From NCBI GenBank assembly GCA_964016885.1, contig CAXHJY010000474.1:1-60650 (forward strand): DNA of 60,650 nucleotides, given 5' to 3'. Position 1 is the stretch's first letter. The number at the start of each line of letters is the position of its first letter. A model generated the notes under the pieces. That model was not told the origin of the DNA, ran no database searches, and saw nothing but the letters and a program-made list of their open reading frames with translations. A program made the translations under genes and the position numbers. Shown here piece by piece: positions 39,227 through 53,459 of the stretch. Source of the DNA: Eledone cirrhosa (Eukaryota).

Positions 39227-39690
39227 ATGTTGTGAGCAACAGTTTTGTATTTACAGGGTGGAATGGATGTGACATATATTTTACGAGAATTATACAATAA
39301 TTGTACACACGTGCATATGTATTGTTAATGTACTCTTCCTTTCTCAAAACTCCTTTCTCAATGCCTCTTTAATTATTGGACTATTCTCTTGTTTTATCTG
39401 TTGCATGTATTCCACTTTGTGCTTTTAATTTGAATTTGAATTTTTGTATAATTATTGTACAATTCTCATAAAATATATGTCACATCCATTCCACCCTGTA
39501 AATACAAAACTGTTGCTCACAACATCAATATATATGTATCTATGTTATTGTTCAGTTGAATAGGAGGTTAATTATATGTACGAACATTGATAATGCTCCA
39601 ATGACTCCAAACGAGAGTTTGGAAGAAACAAACGATTGTCAGCTATTAAATGATTTGAACACAACTTTGATAATTGTCTAATTTATTTAT
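39022..39690. mobile_element. Fold-back element with a hammerhead motif in each arm (arms 39022-39302 and 39450-39690)
   Basis: Minus 39069-39113: gct CCGAUGA ctccaaac gaga gtttggaa GAAA caauuGUC agc; plus-strand copy 39595-39643 is more degenerate. Confidence 0.85.
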
Positions 39691-39820
39691 TTTCCTGCTC
39701 TGTAAAACAACTGATGTTCTTACATTGAGCTATTTCTCTTACTGGTAATAAGGTAGTAGGAAATTACTGATCTTTTCTGTTTATAGTTGTTTATAGTATA
39801 TACATAACTAACTATAAATA

Positions 39821-39884
<64 letters not shown>

Positions 39885-40070
39885 TGTGTGTGTGTGTGTG
39901 TATATATATGTATATATGTACCATTTAAGTTATTTTGATCGGTTAATTGTAGAACTGGTGGTTTCGGTAAGCAAATCATGATGCAACAAATTACTAAAGT
40001 TCTCGATGTTATGGATGTCACCCATCGTAGATGTGGTATCGAGTAGCTGGCGCAGGAAACTGAGTAAAGT

Positions 40071-40397
40071 ATTTAAAACGACAACAGAAGGCTGTACTGG
40101 AAGACATGCTGTAAATTTTAATTCCATGAAATCACTTTTGCAGGCGGTCTCTAAGTCAAATTTTCTTTTTTCCCTTTTCAATTTTTCAACTTGCTATACT
40201 CTTTCCCTATCTTCTATGATGAGTATGGGTTCTACATAACCCTGTTTTATAATTCTGTTGAAGTTACCTGGCGAGACCGTCATGTCTTGAATCATAAATG
40301 GATAATGGAGCTGGGTCATTGAAATATCTATAATGATTTCACGGAATTAAAATTTACAGCCTATCTTCCAGTACGGCCATCTGTTGTCGCTTTAAAT
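40071..40397. repeat. Inverted repeat (arms 40071-40134 and 40334-40397)
   Basis: atttaaaacgacaacagaaggctgtactggaaga vs tcttccagtacggccatctgttgtcgctttaaat. Confidence 0.8.
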
Positions 40398-40778
40398 CAT
40401 CATCATCATCATCATCGTTTAACGTCTATCTTCCACGCTAGCATGGGTTAGACGGAAATTGTCCCACTTGAGGGACAAGATTGGTTGGGTGAGTGTGTCT
40501 CACTCGTATAACACTATCTGGTAGGTTTTCTATGGCTGGATGCCCTTCCTAACACCAACCACATTTACAGTGTGGGCTGGGAACTTTTTACCGTGTTACC
40601 TACATGACCACGTTACAGCATGGACTGTATGTTTGTTTGTCGTGACACCTACACGACTTCATTAGTTTGGACTGGATGTTGTGGCTCCAACATAACTTTA
40701 TAGAGAAAGGGTGGTGTTGGCGGGAGTGGAAGGATGGAGTAGGGGTAGTGGGTTGAGGTGTATGTTTGGTTTGGAGGT

Positions 40779-40779
<1 letters not shown>
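40398..40779 (-). mobile_element. RTE LINE 3' UTR fragment
   Basis: (CAT)n then cgtttaacgtc...gcatggg...ggatgcccttcctaacacc. Confidence 0.88.
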
Positions 40780-40824
<45 letters not shown>

Positions 40825-41316
40825 TATATATATTATTTAGAAAACGCGAGAGAAAACACGAACACATTAAATACAGTACATCTCACCACAGTGCGTTAAT
40901 AGCTAAAATGGATAGCTATCTAGGAAGAAACACAATGGACGATAGCAAAGACACCGACAAAAGAAAAACAAAAACAAAAAGAAGAAAGACATACCGATAG
41001 AGAAAGGGGAAAATACAAAGGCAGCAATACATGAAAGTTTAGCAGTAACCGAGGGAAAAAGAAAGGGAAAGAGTTAATACTAGTAGCCGAACATAAGTTC
41101 TGAAACTGTATTAACAAACGGAATAGAGGGGAAAAAACATCTGGTCGTAGTGTGGAAAGAAAGAAACGAAGGAAAACAGAAGTGGGTAGGAGTGGAAAAG
41201 TAGTAAGAGAACAGAGAGAGAAGGGAGAAAGGAGATAGATTGTAAGAGAGAAAGAGAAAAGGAAGTGGGAAAAAGAAAGAACTGAAGGTGAGAAAAAGAA
41301 AAGAGTTAATACAACA

Positions 41317-41392
<76 letters not shown>

Positions 41393-41696
41393 GAGAACGG
41401 AAACAGATAGGAGAAAGAATCAGAGGTCACAGCAGTAAGTTAATATGAATTAAAAAAGTGAGAACAGGGCTGTGTGGGTACCAATAAATATTATTTAGAA
41501 AGCGTGAGGGTGTTTGAAACATTTGTAATCCACAGAAGACAGCCGATGAGCGGAAATTGTCCTTGTGTTTGTGTTTTCTCTCATGTTTTCTAAATAATAT
41601 TTCTTGGTAACCACACAGCCCCATTCTTACTTTTTTAATTCATATATATGTGTGTGTTTTGTAAGTTTTTTTTATATGAAATCATGTGTTGAAACA

Positions 41697-42580
41697 AATA
41701 TTGTTATATTTGGGGAGGGTCATATTGTTATAATATTGCCAGAAATAATAATAAAGCACACTCACTGTTCGGTTTGGATTGGTTTTCGCTTCTGTAACTT
41801 TTATATCTCCATAGTTAATTTATCTAGCAATCAATGTTTATCATTGATATATATATATAGTCTATCAAAGTTCTTTCGTCACACATCTATGACATCATTG
41901 GTACAATTATGTTTCTTCCCATTGTATTGTAATGTCTACACCATTTTTATGTAATTCATTTATTTATTTATTTATTCTTGTCTCTGTTTCTGTTTGCACA
42001 TGCGCTTGCGTGTGTGTTTTCTGTTAGGTATCTGTGTTCGTGTTTGAATCTATGTGTTTTTGTATTCTATTTTTGTTCACTAGTGTGTGTTTATGTGTGT
42101 TTGTTGTTATTGTACTTATGTATATATATATATTTATTTATTTATATTTACCCTAGGTCAGTATTGTGTGTTTGGGAATGGTTGTTCTTGTTATTCCATT
42201 CATTTTTTCTGTTCAACTTTGGTTTTCTTAGTTCTATTTCAGTTGCTTCTCTGATTTGTCTACCTGTTGAGTCATTTCTATGTTTAGATATTATTTTAAT
42301 TTCTATGCTGTCTATGTTACCGTCATGTCTTTGTCTGGCATGTCCATATAGTACTGAACTGTTTTTTTGTCCTTTTAGTTCCCCCCAGTGTTGGTCTAAA
42401 CTCTCTCCTATACTTCGAGCTGTCTCACCCATGTATGTCATTGTCATGTGTCTGCAAGTACCCTCTGTACATCTTATGCTATAGACTACATTTCTAGTTT
42501 TACAATTAATTTGAGGGTTCATTCTACATATAACACATTTCTTATTCGTACAGTGGGTTTTCTTAAAGGGGTATGGTGGG
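41697..42580 (-). mobile_element. Penelope-like element 3' portion: GIY-YIG endonuclease, 3' UTR and pLTR
   Basis: Coding part described in the next feature; UTR homologous to 57300-57882; degenerate HHR at about 41865-41905. Confidence 0.85.
42148..42580 (-). pseudogene. PLE GIY-YIG endonuclease domain (5'-truncated, open frame)
   Basis: CTNKKCVIC...CKTRNVVYSIRC...C...YMGETARSIGE..DQH...H...R.IREATEI...PKLNRK. Confidence 0.88.
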
Positions 42581-42655
42581 AAAGGAGTCTCAGAGAACTC
42601 ATAGAAGAGAACTCTGTAGTCCTCGTTCACCTGGTATCTTACCACACCCTCTTTG

Positions 42656-42688
<33 letters not shown>

Positions 42689-42859
42689 TATATATACATA
42701 AAATTGTTTATGAGAATCAAAGCACACTTATCAACATTGTTTATTCTTTACATAATGTTTCATATAGATTGGTGCAAATTTCAAATAGAATGAAAATTCA
42801 ACCTGAAATCACTGATTAAACATATATCATTCTACAATATCGCTCCTGAATAGACGTGT

Positions 42860-43045
42860 TTTTTTTCCATTCCTTCCTCTTCTCACTCTTTATCTTTGTA
42901 TTTTACCTTTTATCTCTAATTTTATCTTCTGAAGAAGGAATAGTGTCCGAAATGGTAAGACTCTTTTCCTGTTATTTCAAGCATTAATCTAATATATTTC
43001 TTAAATGTACTGTGTTGTTTGCTTTGTTATTTGTGTTTACTTTTG
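42860..43045 (+). mobile_element. PLE pLTR end with hammerhead motif (42925-42960)
   Basis: tctt CUGAAGA aggaatagtgtcc GAAA tggt aaga; flanks match 29660-29740. Confidence 0.65.
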
Positions 43046-43050
43046 ACATA

Positions 43051-43147
<97 letters not shown>

Positions 43148-44431
43148 TTAGAGAGAGAGAGAGAGACCTATAATAAATATATCAATATATCAATACATCA
43201 ATCAGTAAATTTACCATATTTGGTATAGGGAAATTTTATCTGAATGCCATAATGTTCGGCAAAACATCTACTACAATTCATATCATTAACACCCGAACCA
43301 CTAAACCACACATCTTCACCATTGATACCAGAGCTATTATGAATTATGAATGTCGGGGAAAAAACGAAGGTACCCAAATATTTGGGTATTTGACAGAACC
43401 GAAGTTTCAAACTAGGTAGCCCTTTTTATTTTTTGATACCCTCTTCAGCTTTAAAAAAATGTAGAAAAGAAGCGACTAGAAATATCAAACCCTTTTGAAA
43501 CCAGACTATCTGAAACCGCTCCTGGTTATAATGTACAAAATTGTTTATCTTAAAGTGTTTATATTTATCTAAAAACCTTAATCTTAATTTTGTGTAAGAA
43601 CCTTTGTTAAGTTATGCTTCAAGCATAAGCTTAATAATGAAAAAGTTAGTTGTATTTCAACTAAATCTGTCCAAATTCTCGATTATTTTCGAAATGATTT
43701 GAAAATCATGGGCATTGTCTTTCATTAGAAATAGAGTAATGAAAAGGTGAAGGAATACCATTTGAAAATCATCATTAGCATCACTCTAATAATAATTAAC
43801 TCTTTAGTCTTTACACTGGGCCAGACACTAAGCAAAATTTGGACATAATATACATACACAAAAATTGCAACCATTATAAGAGGTAGGAGTATTAGGAATA
43901 TTTCCAATCTATACTGTAGCAGGAATATTTTCAAGTGTGTCATCACCTATTAAAATGATGCACTATGAAAAAGTGGTTTCAGTGAGAAAATTAGCATATG
44001 AAGGATGCAAAGCCCTCCCATCACAAAATAGAACCAATGAAAGAAACATAACACACCACCAGACTTAGTAATTGAAATCACAACTGGGAGCCCAGGACTC
44101 TAAACACCAAGCCATGCGCCTCCTTAACTAGAGGTTAATTTATTTGTTAATTTGTTTATTTGTTGTTGTTGCTGCTGCTGTTGCTGTTGTTGTTGTTCTT
44201 CTTCTTCTTCTTTAAATACCATATATGTTGTTTTGTTCCTCTTCTTTGTGTCTCCTCTTCTTCCTGGCTTTATTCTGTTTACTCCAAGAGGAGACGCAGA
44301 GAAGAAGTACAAACAGTCATTGAAGAGTTCACAGGATGTGTGACAAAATAACTTTGAGAAAGAATTGGAGGTAGAAAAATGGAGAAGAAGGAGGAGGAAG
44401 AAAGATAATAATAATAATAATAATAATGATA

Positions 44432-44538
44432 ATTGTTTCTACTTTAGGCACAAGGCCAGCAATTACCCTGTGCATTACTGGTACTTTATTTTATCGACCC
44501 TGTAAGGATGAAAGGCAAAGTTAACCTCGGTGGGATTT
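44432..44538 (-). mobile_element. Deu/Nin-type SINE, 3' half
   Basis: Matches 58872-58979; interrupted by the L1 tail. Confidence 0.78.
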
Positions 44539-44542
44539 AATG

Positions 44543-44544
<2 letters not shown>

Positions 44545-44600
<56 letters not shown>

Positions 44601-47600
44601 TTTCTTTATTAACCACAAGGGTTTACATAAAGTAGACATTAAGGAGAGTGCAGGACAATACAGGACGGTACAAATGGGCATTTCTGCGTGTAAAAAACAA
44701 AAACAGAGGATGTAACAAAAAAATAACAATGAAAAATTCCCCAATAGGGGGGAAACTTCGGAGGGACATTTGTGGAGAAAGCCCATTAAAAGGCCACTCG
44801 GGCCATTCTTGATTCTCTCACCCATCTTTCAACAAAATGCTGGGAAGAGAGCACTTCCCTCTCTACTCTGATTTTCCTTTTCAAATGAAATTTGAAAAAG
44901 TCAATCAGGGCATCACCGAAGAGGTAAGTGCTCGTCTTCAGCCCTTTCAAACGTGTCCACCATACTATCTCTTTCGCCATGGCCACCAGACAGATAAAAA
45001 CTGCCTGCCCTTCCCGGCTAAAGGAAGAGGGCGGGGCAATCCTCACGATGGACTCAGCTGATAGCTGGATCCGTCCTACACGCGACAGCAGGTGTTCGAC
45101 ATAAACGCACAAGTCAGCAATGCTCGGACACTGGACGAGTGCGTGCAGGACGGTTTCGTCGCCCTGCGCGCATCTCGGACATGCCTGGCTGACGGCACCT
45201 CCATGCCTGTAGAGTTTATCCCGAACTGGCAAAGCTCCTCGGTAGCACTGCCAGGCCAGGGATTTCTGGAAGTTGTCCATAGGCCCTGGCCCGAAAGTTC
45301 TTCCGAAGAGATTGGCTAGTTGATTTTCGTCGACGCCTAGAGTTTCCCCAAGTACGTCGTCGCTCTTCCCCTCCACTAATCCTCTATAGAACGCCAAGGT
45401 GGAGTTTCCACCGATCACATTGCCCGATTGGTCAAGGGCTGTGAGCGCCTGAAGACATTCCAGTCTTCAAGCGCTCCCTCTCGGTCTTTGCTTGACTGCA
45501 GCTCCGTCAAGGAGACGAGCTGGGGAAAGACGCGTCTAGCAAACGGCGACCACACCTGATCACCGTCGAGGAAGAGGTGGAGATGTCGAAGCCTGAGCAC
45601 GTGTCTGCGCATCATCAGCCACGGCATGCCCAGCTCTCCACGTAGCGGGTGTTGATAGCAGATGGACCGCCTGACCATCGGAGCGCGTCCCAGCGCAGTC
45701 AGGCGGGGCTTAGGACAAGGTACGACGGTCAGGCGGTAGTAGATGACGGACGCGATGTACGCGTTAGCCACCTCCGCTCGATCTTTCAGAGACAACTTCC
45801 TCTTCGCCCATTTCTGGTGAGAGAAGCCACCCTGCTCGTCACCTCGTCCCAGTTTTTGTCTGTCTGGAGGTCCGGATCGAACCAGACCCCTAGCAATTTT
45901 ACCGGTCCGTTCGTCCAGCGCCCGACGACGCTGTTGGACGGCATGGACCTGCCTCTCCAGGTGCCGAGCTGCAGGCCCACTGACTTTTCTGGTTGATCAT
46001 TGCTCCTGTCACCGCTTCGTATTCTCTTAGTGTAGTGCCAATCGTCTCGATGTGTTTGGCGTTCGACACCACTACGGTGACATCGTGCGCATATGCTGAC
46101 ATGGATCTTCCGCATCCTAGTTCGCGCGGGACCCCCTCAACGTCTCTAGTTTGTGCAGTAATGGCTCGAGAGTCAATACGTACAAGAGGGACTAGCGGGG
46201 ACATCCTTGGCGGACCGAGCGCATGATGTTGAACGGTTCCGAAAGGTGACCGTTCACTCTCACCACAGAGCAGATGTCGCTGTGCATGGCAGCGATCCAG
46301 CCTCTGAAGACGGGCCCAAAGCCAGCCGCCCTCAGGACTGCCGCTAGGTAACGATGGTCGACCCTATCGAAAGCTTTCGACTGATCTAAATTGATCAAGG
46401 ACCCACCCGTGCCAGGTTCCCTAGCTACCCTCTCTACGATGTATCGCATGAGGTGGAGGTTGTCGTGGATGGATCTGTTGGGAATGGCGCATGTCTGCGC
46501 CTCTCCCACCAGACCACTAACGACAAGCGCCAACCTCTTTGCTAGCACCTTGGCCAAAATCTTGAACTCTGTGTTTAGCAGAGTTATGGGCCTGAAATTA
46601 TCTATGTTATCCCCCTTGTTCGGATCCTTTCTCAGCAGCGCCACAAATCCTCGGTTCACAGAGCTGTGAATTCTCCCGTTCTGTTGCCAGTTGCAGTAGA
46701 CGTCCGCCAAGAGGCCTCCAAACAAGTCTGGTATCTGTACGTAAAGTTCATAGGGCAGACCATTCAAACCAAGCGATTTACCCCTTGTGCAGCCAGTCAT
46801 TGCCTCCCGTACTTCAGCGGCTGTTATCAGCTTTTCACAACACTCCGCCTCAGTGGCTGAGAGCCGCGGCAGTCCGCCGAGGTAGACATTAAAGTCCATC
46901 CCTCGATCCGGCCCGCCGCTGCCCCCGAACAGCTGAGCGAAGTGTCGCTGAAAAGCTTCCCACATTTGCCCGGGATTGAGTAGCATGCGCCCGTCGTGGT
47001 CCACCAAAGACCGGATCGTGGCTTTGTTGCCACGACGCGCCTCCGCCGCTCGGGCCCATTGAACGGCTTTCGTCCTCTCGTGTCTGAGAGCACGCACCCT
47101 AGCTCTGACAACGCAGCCTTCGTGCTTTGCATTGAAGAATTGGTCAAGGGCCAATTTCGCCGCAGGTACGTCGGTCGCGATGCCTTTGCTAAGCGCCTCG
47201 TCTAATTTTCTAACTAGTTCTCCCTCTGCTCTATTTTTCTCTATTGCTAAAGCCTTACTAAACCTAATGGACTCTGTTCTAATCGCTCTTTTCAGAGCAA
47301 ACCACCACTTGTTGACGATGGCCCCCGTCAATGCCCGCTTAACTAGTTTGCTAATCCGGTCTCTGTAGGCCTTGAGCGCTGGTAAGGACGCGTTTAGCTT
47401 CCAGTAGCCGGGTCCTTGTCTATGAAGCCTATTTAAGTCAACCACACAGATCAGGAATTTGTGGTCCATGTAGCTGACTATCTTGAATTGTGGACAGCCT
47501 ATGCTAGACCTATCTATTTCCCTACAAAATACTCTATCTAGATATGATCTGGATGACCCGATGTGGTTTGTCCAAGTCCACATTGCCACATTCGGGAAGT

Positions 47601-48180
47601 TCAAAACGCCTGAGCAGGTTGGTGAGGCGCTTGCATCCTCCTCCTCTATCTGCTAATCCCACACAGTCCCAGCATGCATCTAAGATCCCGTTCCAGTCGC
47701 CCACTAACACTAAAGAGCGGGACATTCCAAGAAAGGTCTCCAGACATCGGAAGAAATCAGGCCGCCCTGCTCCTGTCGCGGCATAGATGCCACTAGCCTG
47801 AAAGCTTGCCCGTCTCCGCTGGTCACGTCCAGCACCACCAACTTACCTTCTGGGTCCAGGAAGATGGCCCGTATAGCGAGAACCAAACCTCTCCGAAAAA
47901 GCACAGCAACTCCTCCCCCCGATCCAGGACGGCTAGGAGATGCGTACACATCGTAGCCGCCGAAGATCGGTGCGAAGGCCCGTGCTTCGGAGATTCTGGT
48001 CTCGCTGATGGCCACCACATCTATGTTTAGCGACCTGAGATCGTTCACCAGGTGCTCCTGCTTCCAAGACGACCCCAGGCCACGTACATTTATGCTACCT
48101 ATTCTGAGAGTAGCCATGTTGGTTAGGATAGGAGGAAAACAAGTGAGAGGGGAGAGGTACAAAAAATTACCTGTGGCTCT
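44545..48180 (-). mobile_element. L1/Tx1-clade LINE ORF2 relic with (ATT)n tail
   Basis: APE (GSINVRGL, ISETR, GDWN), RT (FRPITLLN, LDQSKAFDRV, SVRQGCP, AYAHD), C-terminal CPRC..ETVLHALVQC zinc knuckle; many frameshifts; GC-rich island. Confidence 0.92.
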
Positions 48181-48643
48181 TCTTTAGGAAGGGAGTGGGT
48201 GATCCATCCCTCCGACCATTGGTGGGTTTCTCCACGAGAATATCCGTGAATATTCTTTTGGTGATGTTCCCTCGGTAGTCTCCAATTGATGTGAGGAACA
48301 TTTTTTTTAATGTTATGTAATTTTTTTGTGTAATTTCTATTATTTTTATGTGTGTGGGGGGTGCAATTTTGGTGGTTTGTACGTAGTTTGTTTCTGTGAT
48401 GTTGGTGTGGTGTTGAATGTAATTTAAAAGCTTTGTGTTGTCTGTGTCTATGGCTGTGTATTGTGTCTGCTGTTTGGGTGTTGGTGCTTTCTGTGTTTGC
48501 TGTCGTGTTGTTGGAGGTGACGATGGGTTAGATAGTAAGGGTGGTGGTGGTGGTGGTGGTGGTGGCGGTGGTGGTGGGGGTGGTGTTTGTGGTGGTGGTG
48601 GTGAAGGTGGCTGTGGGGTGTGGCTGTTGATGGTGGTGGAGGA

Positions 48644-48674
<31 letters not shown>

Positions 48675-49225
48675 GAAGAATATGGAGTGGGTGAGAAATG
48701 GAGGAATTAAAAGAAGATCAGGTGAATGAAAGATGATTAACAGGTAATGAGTGGTGGATGGGAAGAAGAAAGAAAAAGCAAAATATCCCCACCCCAACCA
48801 AAACATAAAAAAGAAAAGAAATAATCAATAGCATCCCATATTATCAACATATTGATCTTTTTATTCCCAGATATTGGAGTGACATGTTGAGGTGAAGGAT
48901 GGTGACAAGGTGTTGTGGTGGGGATGGGGGAGTGGTGGAGGATTAAGGGGAGAAGGGGTAGGGGTTACTACCATCACCATCACTATCACAGTTATCACCT
49001 CTATCGCCACCACAACTACAACCACCACCATAGCTATCACCTCTACCACCACCAACAACACTACCAACACTACCATCACCAACAACAACAACATCAACAC
49101 TACCACCACCAACATTATCCTCACCACCATTACTCCCACCACCACCCCTACCATCACTGCCACTACCACTATCTCCAGCAACACCCCCACCACTACTACT
49201 AACACCAACATCAACTCAGTGGACT

Positions 49226-50102
49226 GAGGACTGATCTCTGGTGGACCCCCACCTGTACTTCAAATATATCATTGTACTCATTTCCAACTCTCACTGTGCT
49301 GGTTACTCCTCTATATATAGCCTGCATGGTCCTCACAAGTCATTCATCTACACTTAGCTTCCTAAGTACCCACCAGATTATAGAGTGCGGGACTGCCAAA
49401 GGCCTTTTCCAGATCTACAAATACTAGATACAGTGGCTTACCTTTAGCTAATTAGCTAAGTACATTTGTAGTTGTATCACTAGAAAGAAGGCACCAGTAC
49501 TACCCCTACCTGGCATAACTCCAAACTGCATCTCATATAACTTGATTCAGTCCCTACTTTCACGACCTAGTCCATCAACTTGATACCTGTAGTTACTTTT
49601 CTCAACTGCATCTCCTTTGCCTTTGTAACAATTTACAATGATACTACTGCACCGGTCATTGGGCAAAATACCATCCTGTACTATTTGATTAACTATGTGT
49701 CTGACTAGCTTATATCCAACCATAATAAATGCTTTTAGCATCTCAGAAACTATACCACATAATCTAGCTGCCTTCTCTACCATCATACCCTTAATTGCTT
49801 TATCTATCACATCGCTGTGAACTTTTATGACTGGTCCCTCAGTAGGTCCTCCCTGAACCATTTATTCTCTTAATTCAACAGTTTCTTGTAGTATGTCTTC
49901 CATGCCTCTTTCTTATTGGTACCAGGCACGGCAATTGCTTCACTGTCATTTTGGACATACTTTTCTCCAACTACATCACAATTTTCTCTAGCATACTGTC
50001 TCACAATCTGGAACACTTCAAGCCTCTGATCTTCAAAATGCAGAACATGTGCAAATTTCTTCATTTCTACCTCTGCTTTTGCTAGGTATACTTCTAGCTG
50101 TC
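49226..50102 (-). mobile_element. Old RTE internal fragment
   Basis: IIVNCYKGKGDA, RENCDVVGEK; homologous to about 13910-14830. Confidence 0.85.
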
Positions 50103-50275
50103 TATAAATATATATGCATACAGATGTACACACACACACATACACACACACATATATATATATAACCCATGTTAGTGTGGAAGAACGGACATAAAACGGT
50201 GATGATAATGATGATGATATATGCACACTGATGTATATATAGACACATAAACATATATGTACACACAGACATTTA

Positions 50276-50385
<110 letters not shown>

Positions 50386-50400
50386 TGATGGTAACTAAGA

Positions 50401-50678
50401 TGCTTCCATAGGTGGTATTCCAGTTGAGCACTCTATGCTCCTACAGAGGAGAGTATGATAGAATAGAAAACGAAATATCAGTGATGCATCTGAACTCAAT
50501 TTATTGTGTGTTACAATTGTTTCCCCGGCGGATAGCTCAAGATGTGATCATTGTGTGGATCTGTCTGATTCTGGACAGATCCACACAATGATCGCGTCTC
50601 AAGCTATCCGCCGGGGAAACAATTGTAACACACAATAAATTGAGTTCAGATGCATCACTGATTTTTCGTTTTCTATTC

Positions 50679-50680
<2 letters not shown>
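50401..50680. mobile_element. Palindromic mini-element (hairpin centre 50566-50573) of the 35480/55361 pLTR family
   Basis: About 107-bp arms 50459-50565 and 50574-50680, each with GAAAcaattGTA; flanked by (TA)n. Confidence 0.85.
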
Positions 50681-50740
<60 letters not shown>

Positions 50741-50756
50741 TATATATATACATATA

Positions 50757-50998
<242 letters not shown>

Positions 50999-51016
50999 TA
51001 TATATATATTTATATG

Positions 51017-51076
<60 letters not shown>

Positions 51077-51096
51077 TATATATATATATATATGTG

Positions 51097-51294
51097 GGAA
51101 AAGAGTAAGGACCCCACGGCTGAGCTCCGGACGTTTCAACAGTTAAATCGACGTTCAGATCTAGCTGTCGAAACGGCCGGATCTCAGCAGTCGGGGTCCT
51201 GACTCTTTTCCTATTACCAACTCTATTATCCTAAGTATCGAGTACTCTGGTGCCTTATGGTCTACCTGGTATCTTACCACACCTTCTTTGTTAT
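51097..51294. mobile_element. Palindromic mini-element (51097-51211) with 3' tail
   Basis: ggaaaagagt..ggacccc / ggggtcc..actcttttcc; left arm reads GAAACGUC on the minus strand; tail acctggtatcttaccacacc..tctttgttata also at 42629-42660. Confidence 0.75.
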
Positions 51295-51301
51295 ATATAT
51301 A

Positions 51302-51540
51302 GGCAAATGGCAAATAGGAATAACAAAGTAAACGATACAGTACAATGATAAAATATATTATTAGTTTTATGCTTGATATAATGTTGTGCTTAATGATTCA
51401 AACGTGAGTCCTTCATCAGAAAATAGAATGAGAAAATAAAGAAGAAACAGAAAGGTTGAGGAGACTGGGCAATAGGAGAAATGAAAAAAATTTTCTAGTT
51501 AAAAAACCGGTCTATTCATGTCATCATCTCTTGGAAAAAT
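51302..51540 (-). mobile_element. PLE pLTR fragment with decayed HHR
   Basis: Direct homolog of 18675-18910. Confidence 0.7.
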
Positions 51541-52029
51541 ATATATGTATATATACCCGTCTAACCCATGCTAGCATGAAAAATGGACGTTAAACGAAGA
51601 TGATGATGATGATGATGATACATACACATATACATGTCATCATCATTGTCATCTTCATCAACATTTAACATTCATTCTCCTTGCTAGCAAGAGTAAAACT
51701 GGTTGTTACAGACCAAATCTCTATTTAGCTGAAGCCACGAACCTCTCAGATAGGTCAAGTGTACTTCATATAATTTTACAGAGTGTACTGGTTGTATTTT
51801 ATCATGGCACCAGCAATAGTGGTATTGTCAATGTCTTTGATTCTATTGGAGAGTCCGCTTGGTCCATTGTTTAGCAAGTTTTCTACATACATATATATAG
51901 TAGTAAGAACATTTCAGGAGAGCTGGACAGCAGAATGAACCCTCCTCACTCCTCAAGCAAGTGTTTCAGCCCTCAAGCTTTCTACATATGTATATATGCT
52001 AGCATATATTAAATCTGATATTAAATCTG

Positions 52030-52273
52030 CTGTTCCATGCTTCGTCATTTGCACTGTGATATTCAGTGATTTGATATCAGTTCTCACCACCTCGACCCAG
52101 GATTTCCTTGGTCTTCCATCACTGCAACTTCCTTTCACTGGGATTTCTTGGCACATAATGATCACCCAATGATCCATGCACATAACAGTACACTCTTCTT
52201 TCCATGCACACAACATATAATTTCACTTATACCCAGCTTTTCTCCAGTTCATCCATGTTTTGTCATTCACGCA
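52030..52273 (-). mobile_element. Old RTE 3' coding fragment
   Basis: [21 protein letters not shown]. Confidence 0.65.
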
Positions 52274-52311
<38 letters not shown>

Positions 52312-52320
52312 ATGTCTGTG

Positions 52321-52389
<69 letters not shown>

Positions 52390-52402
52390 GTGTATGTCTG
52401 TG

Positions 52403-52455
<53 letters not shown>

Positions 52456-52464
52456 ATGTCTGTG

Positions 52465-52505
<41 letters not shown>

Positions 52506-52627
52506 ATGTCTGTGTATAAATATATATATATATACATGTATATATTTTTTAAATAAACAGAGAACAAAAAACACAAAAACGAAGAGGCAGTACAAATGTT
52601 ATTATTATTAGTTTCACATATATATAA

Positions 52628-52689
<62 letters not shown>

Positions 52690-53245
52690 GGAATGTCTAC
52701 GGTGTGAAAACTGGGAAGACCCCAAATCAAGTTAGTTCTTGATGCATGATGAGATGAGGAGTGGGCGTAGGAAAGAGGTAGAATCCCAATAGTGAGTCCA
52801 ACGTACCAATGTAATATGTATATATATATATAGATATATATATATATATATATAGGGAGAGAGGAGGGGGGGTGCAAGATAGGAGGGAAACATAGTATAT
52901 GAGGAAGGAGAGGAATGGACAAAGAAAAAAGTATTTGCAAGAGTTAGATAGGTACATGACATACATACACACACACATACATACACACACATATATATAT
53001 ATATAGGTAGATAGATAGGTAGTTAGATAGATAGGTAGGTAGATAGATAGATAGGTAGGTAGATAGATAGATAGGTAGGTAGGTAGATAGATAGATAGGT
53101 AGGTAGATAGATAGGTGGGGAGATAGATTGATTGATAGATAGATAAATTTCTTTATTAGCCACAAGGGCACAAAAGAAGGGGACAAATACAAATGGGAGT
53201 TTACAATAAATCAAAAAGGTAGATAGACAGATAGATAGGTACATA

Positions 53246-53282
<37 letters not shown>

Positions 53283-53410
53283 ATATTTATGTACATATAT
53301 ATACATATACATATATATATAATAAAAAATTGAACAGGGACAGAACAGAGAGGCAGTACGACAAATGTTTATTAGATTCACGCTCAGGAGAGTGGGGGGT
53401 ATACATATAT

Positions 53411-53459
<49 letters not shown>

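Noticed and set aside
43485-43730. piggyBac-like MITE end (aacccttttga)
   Set aside because: No TTAA target or matching second terminus found
43198-43946. Possible host exons (70- and 73-aa ORFs)
   Set aside because: No recognisable domain; the first contains a SINE-head-like segment; splice context unconvincing
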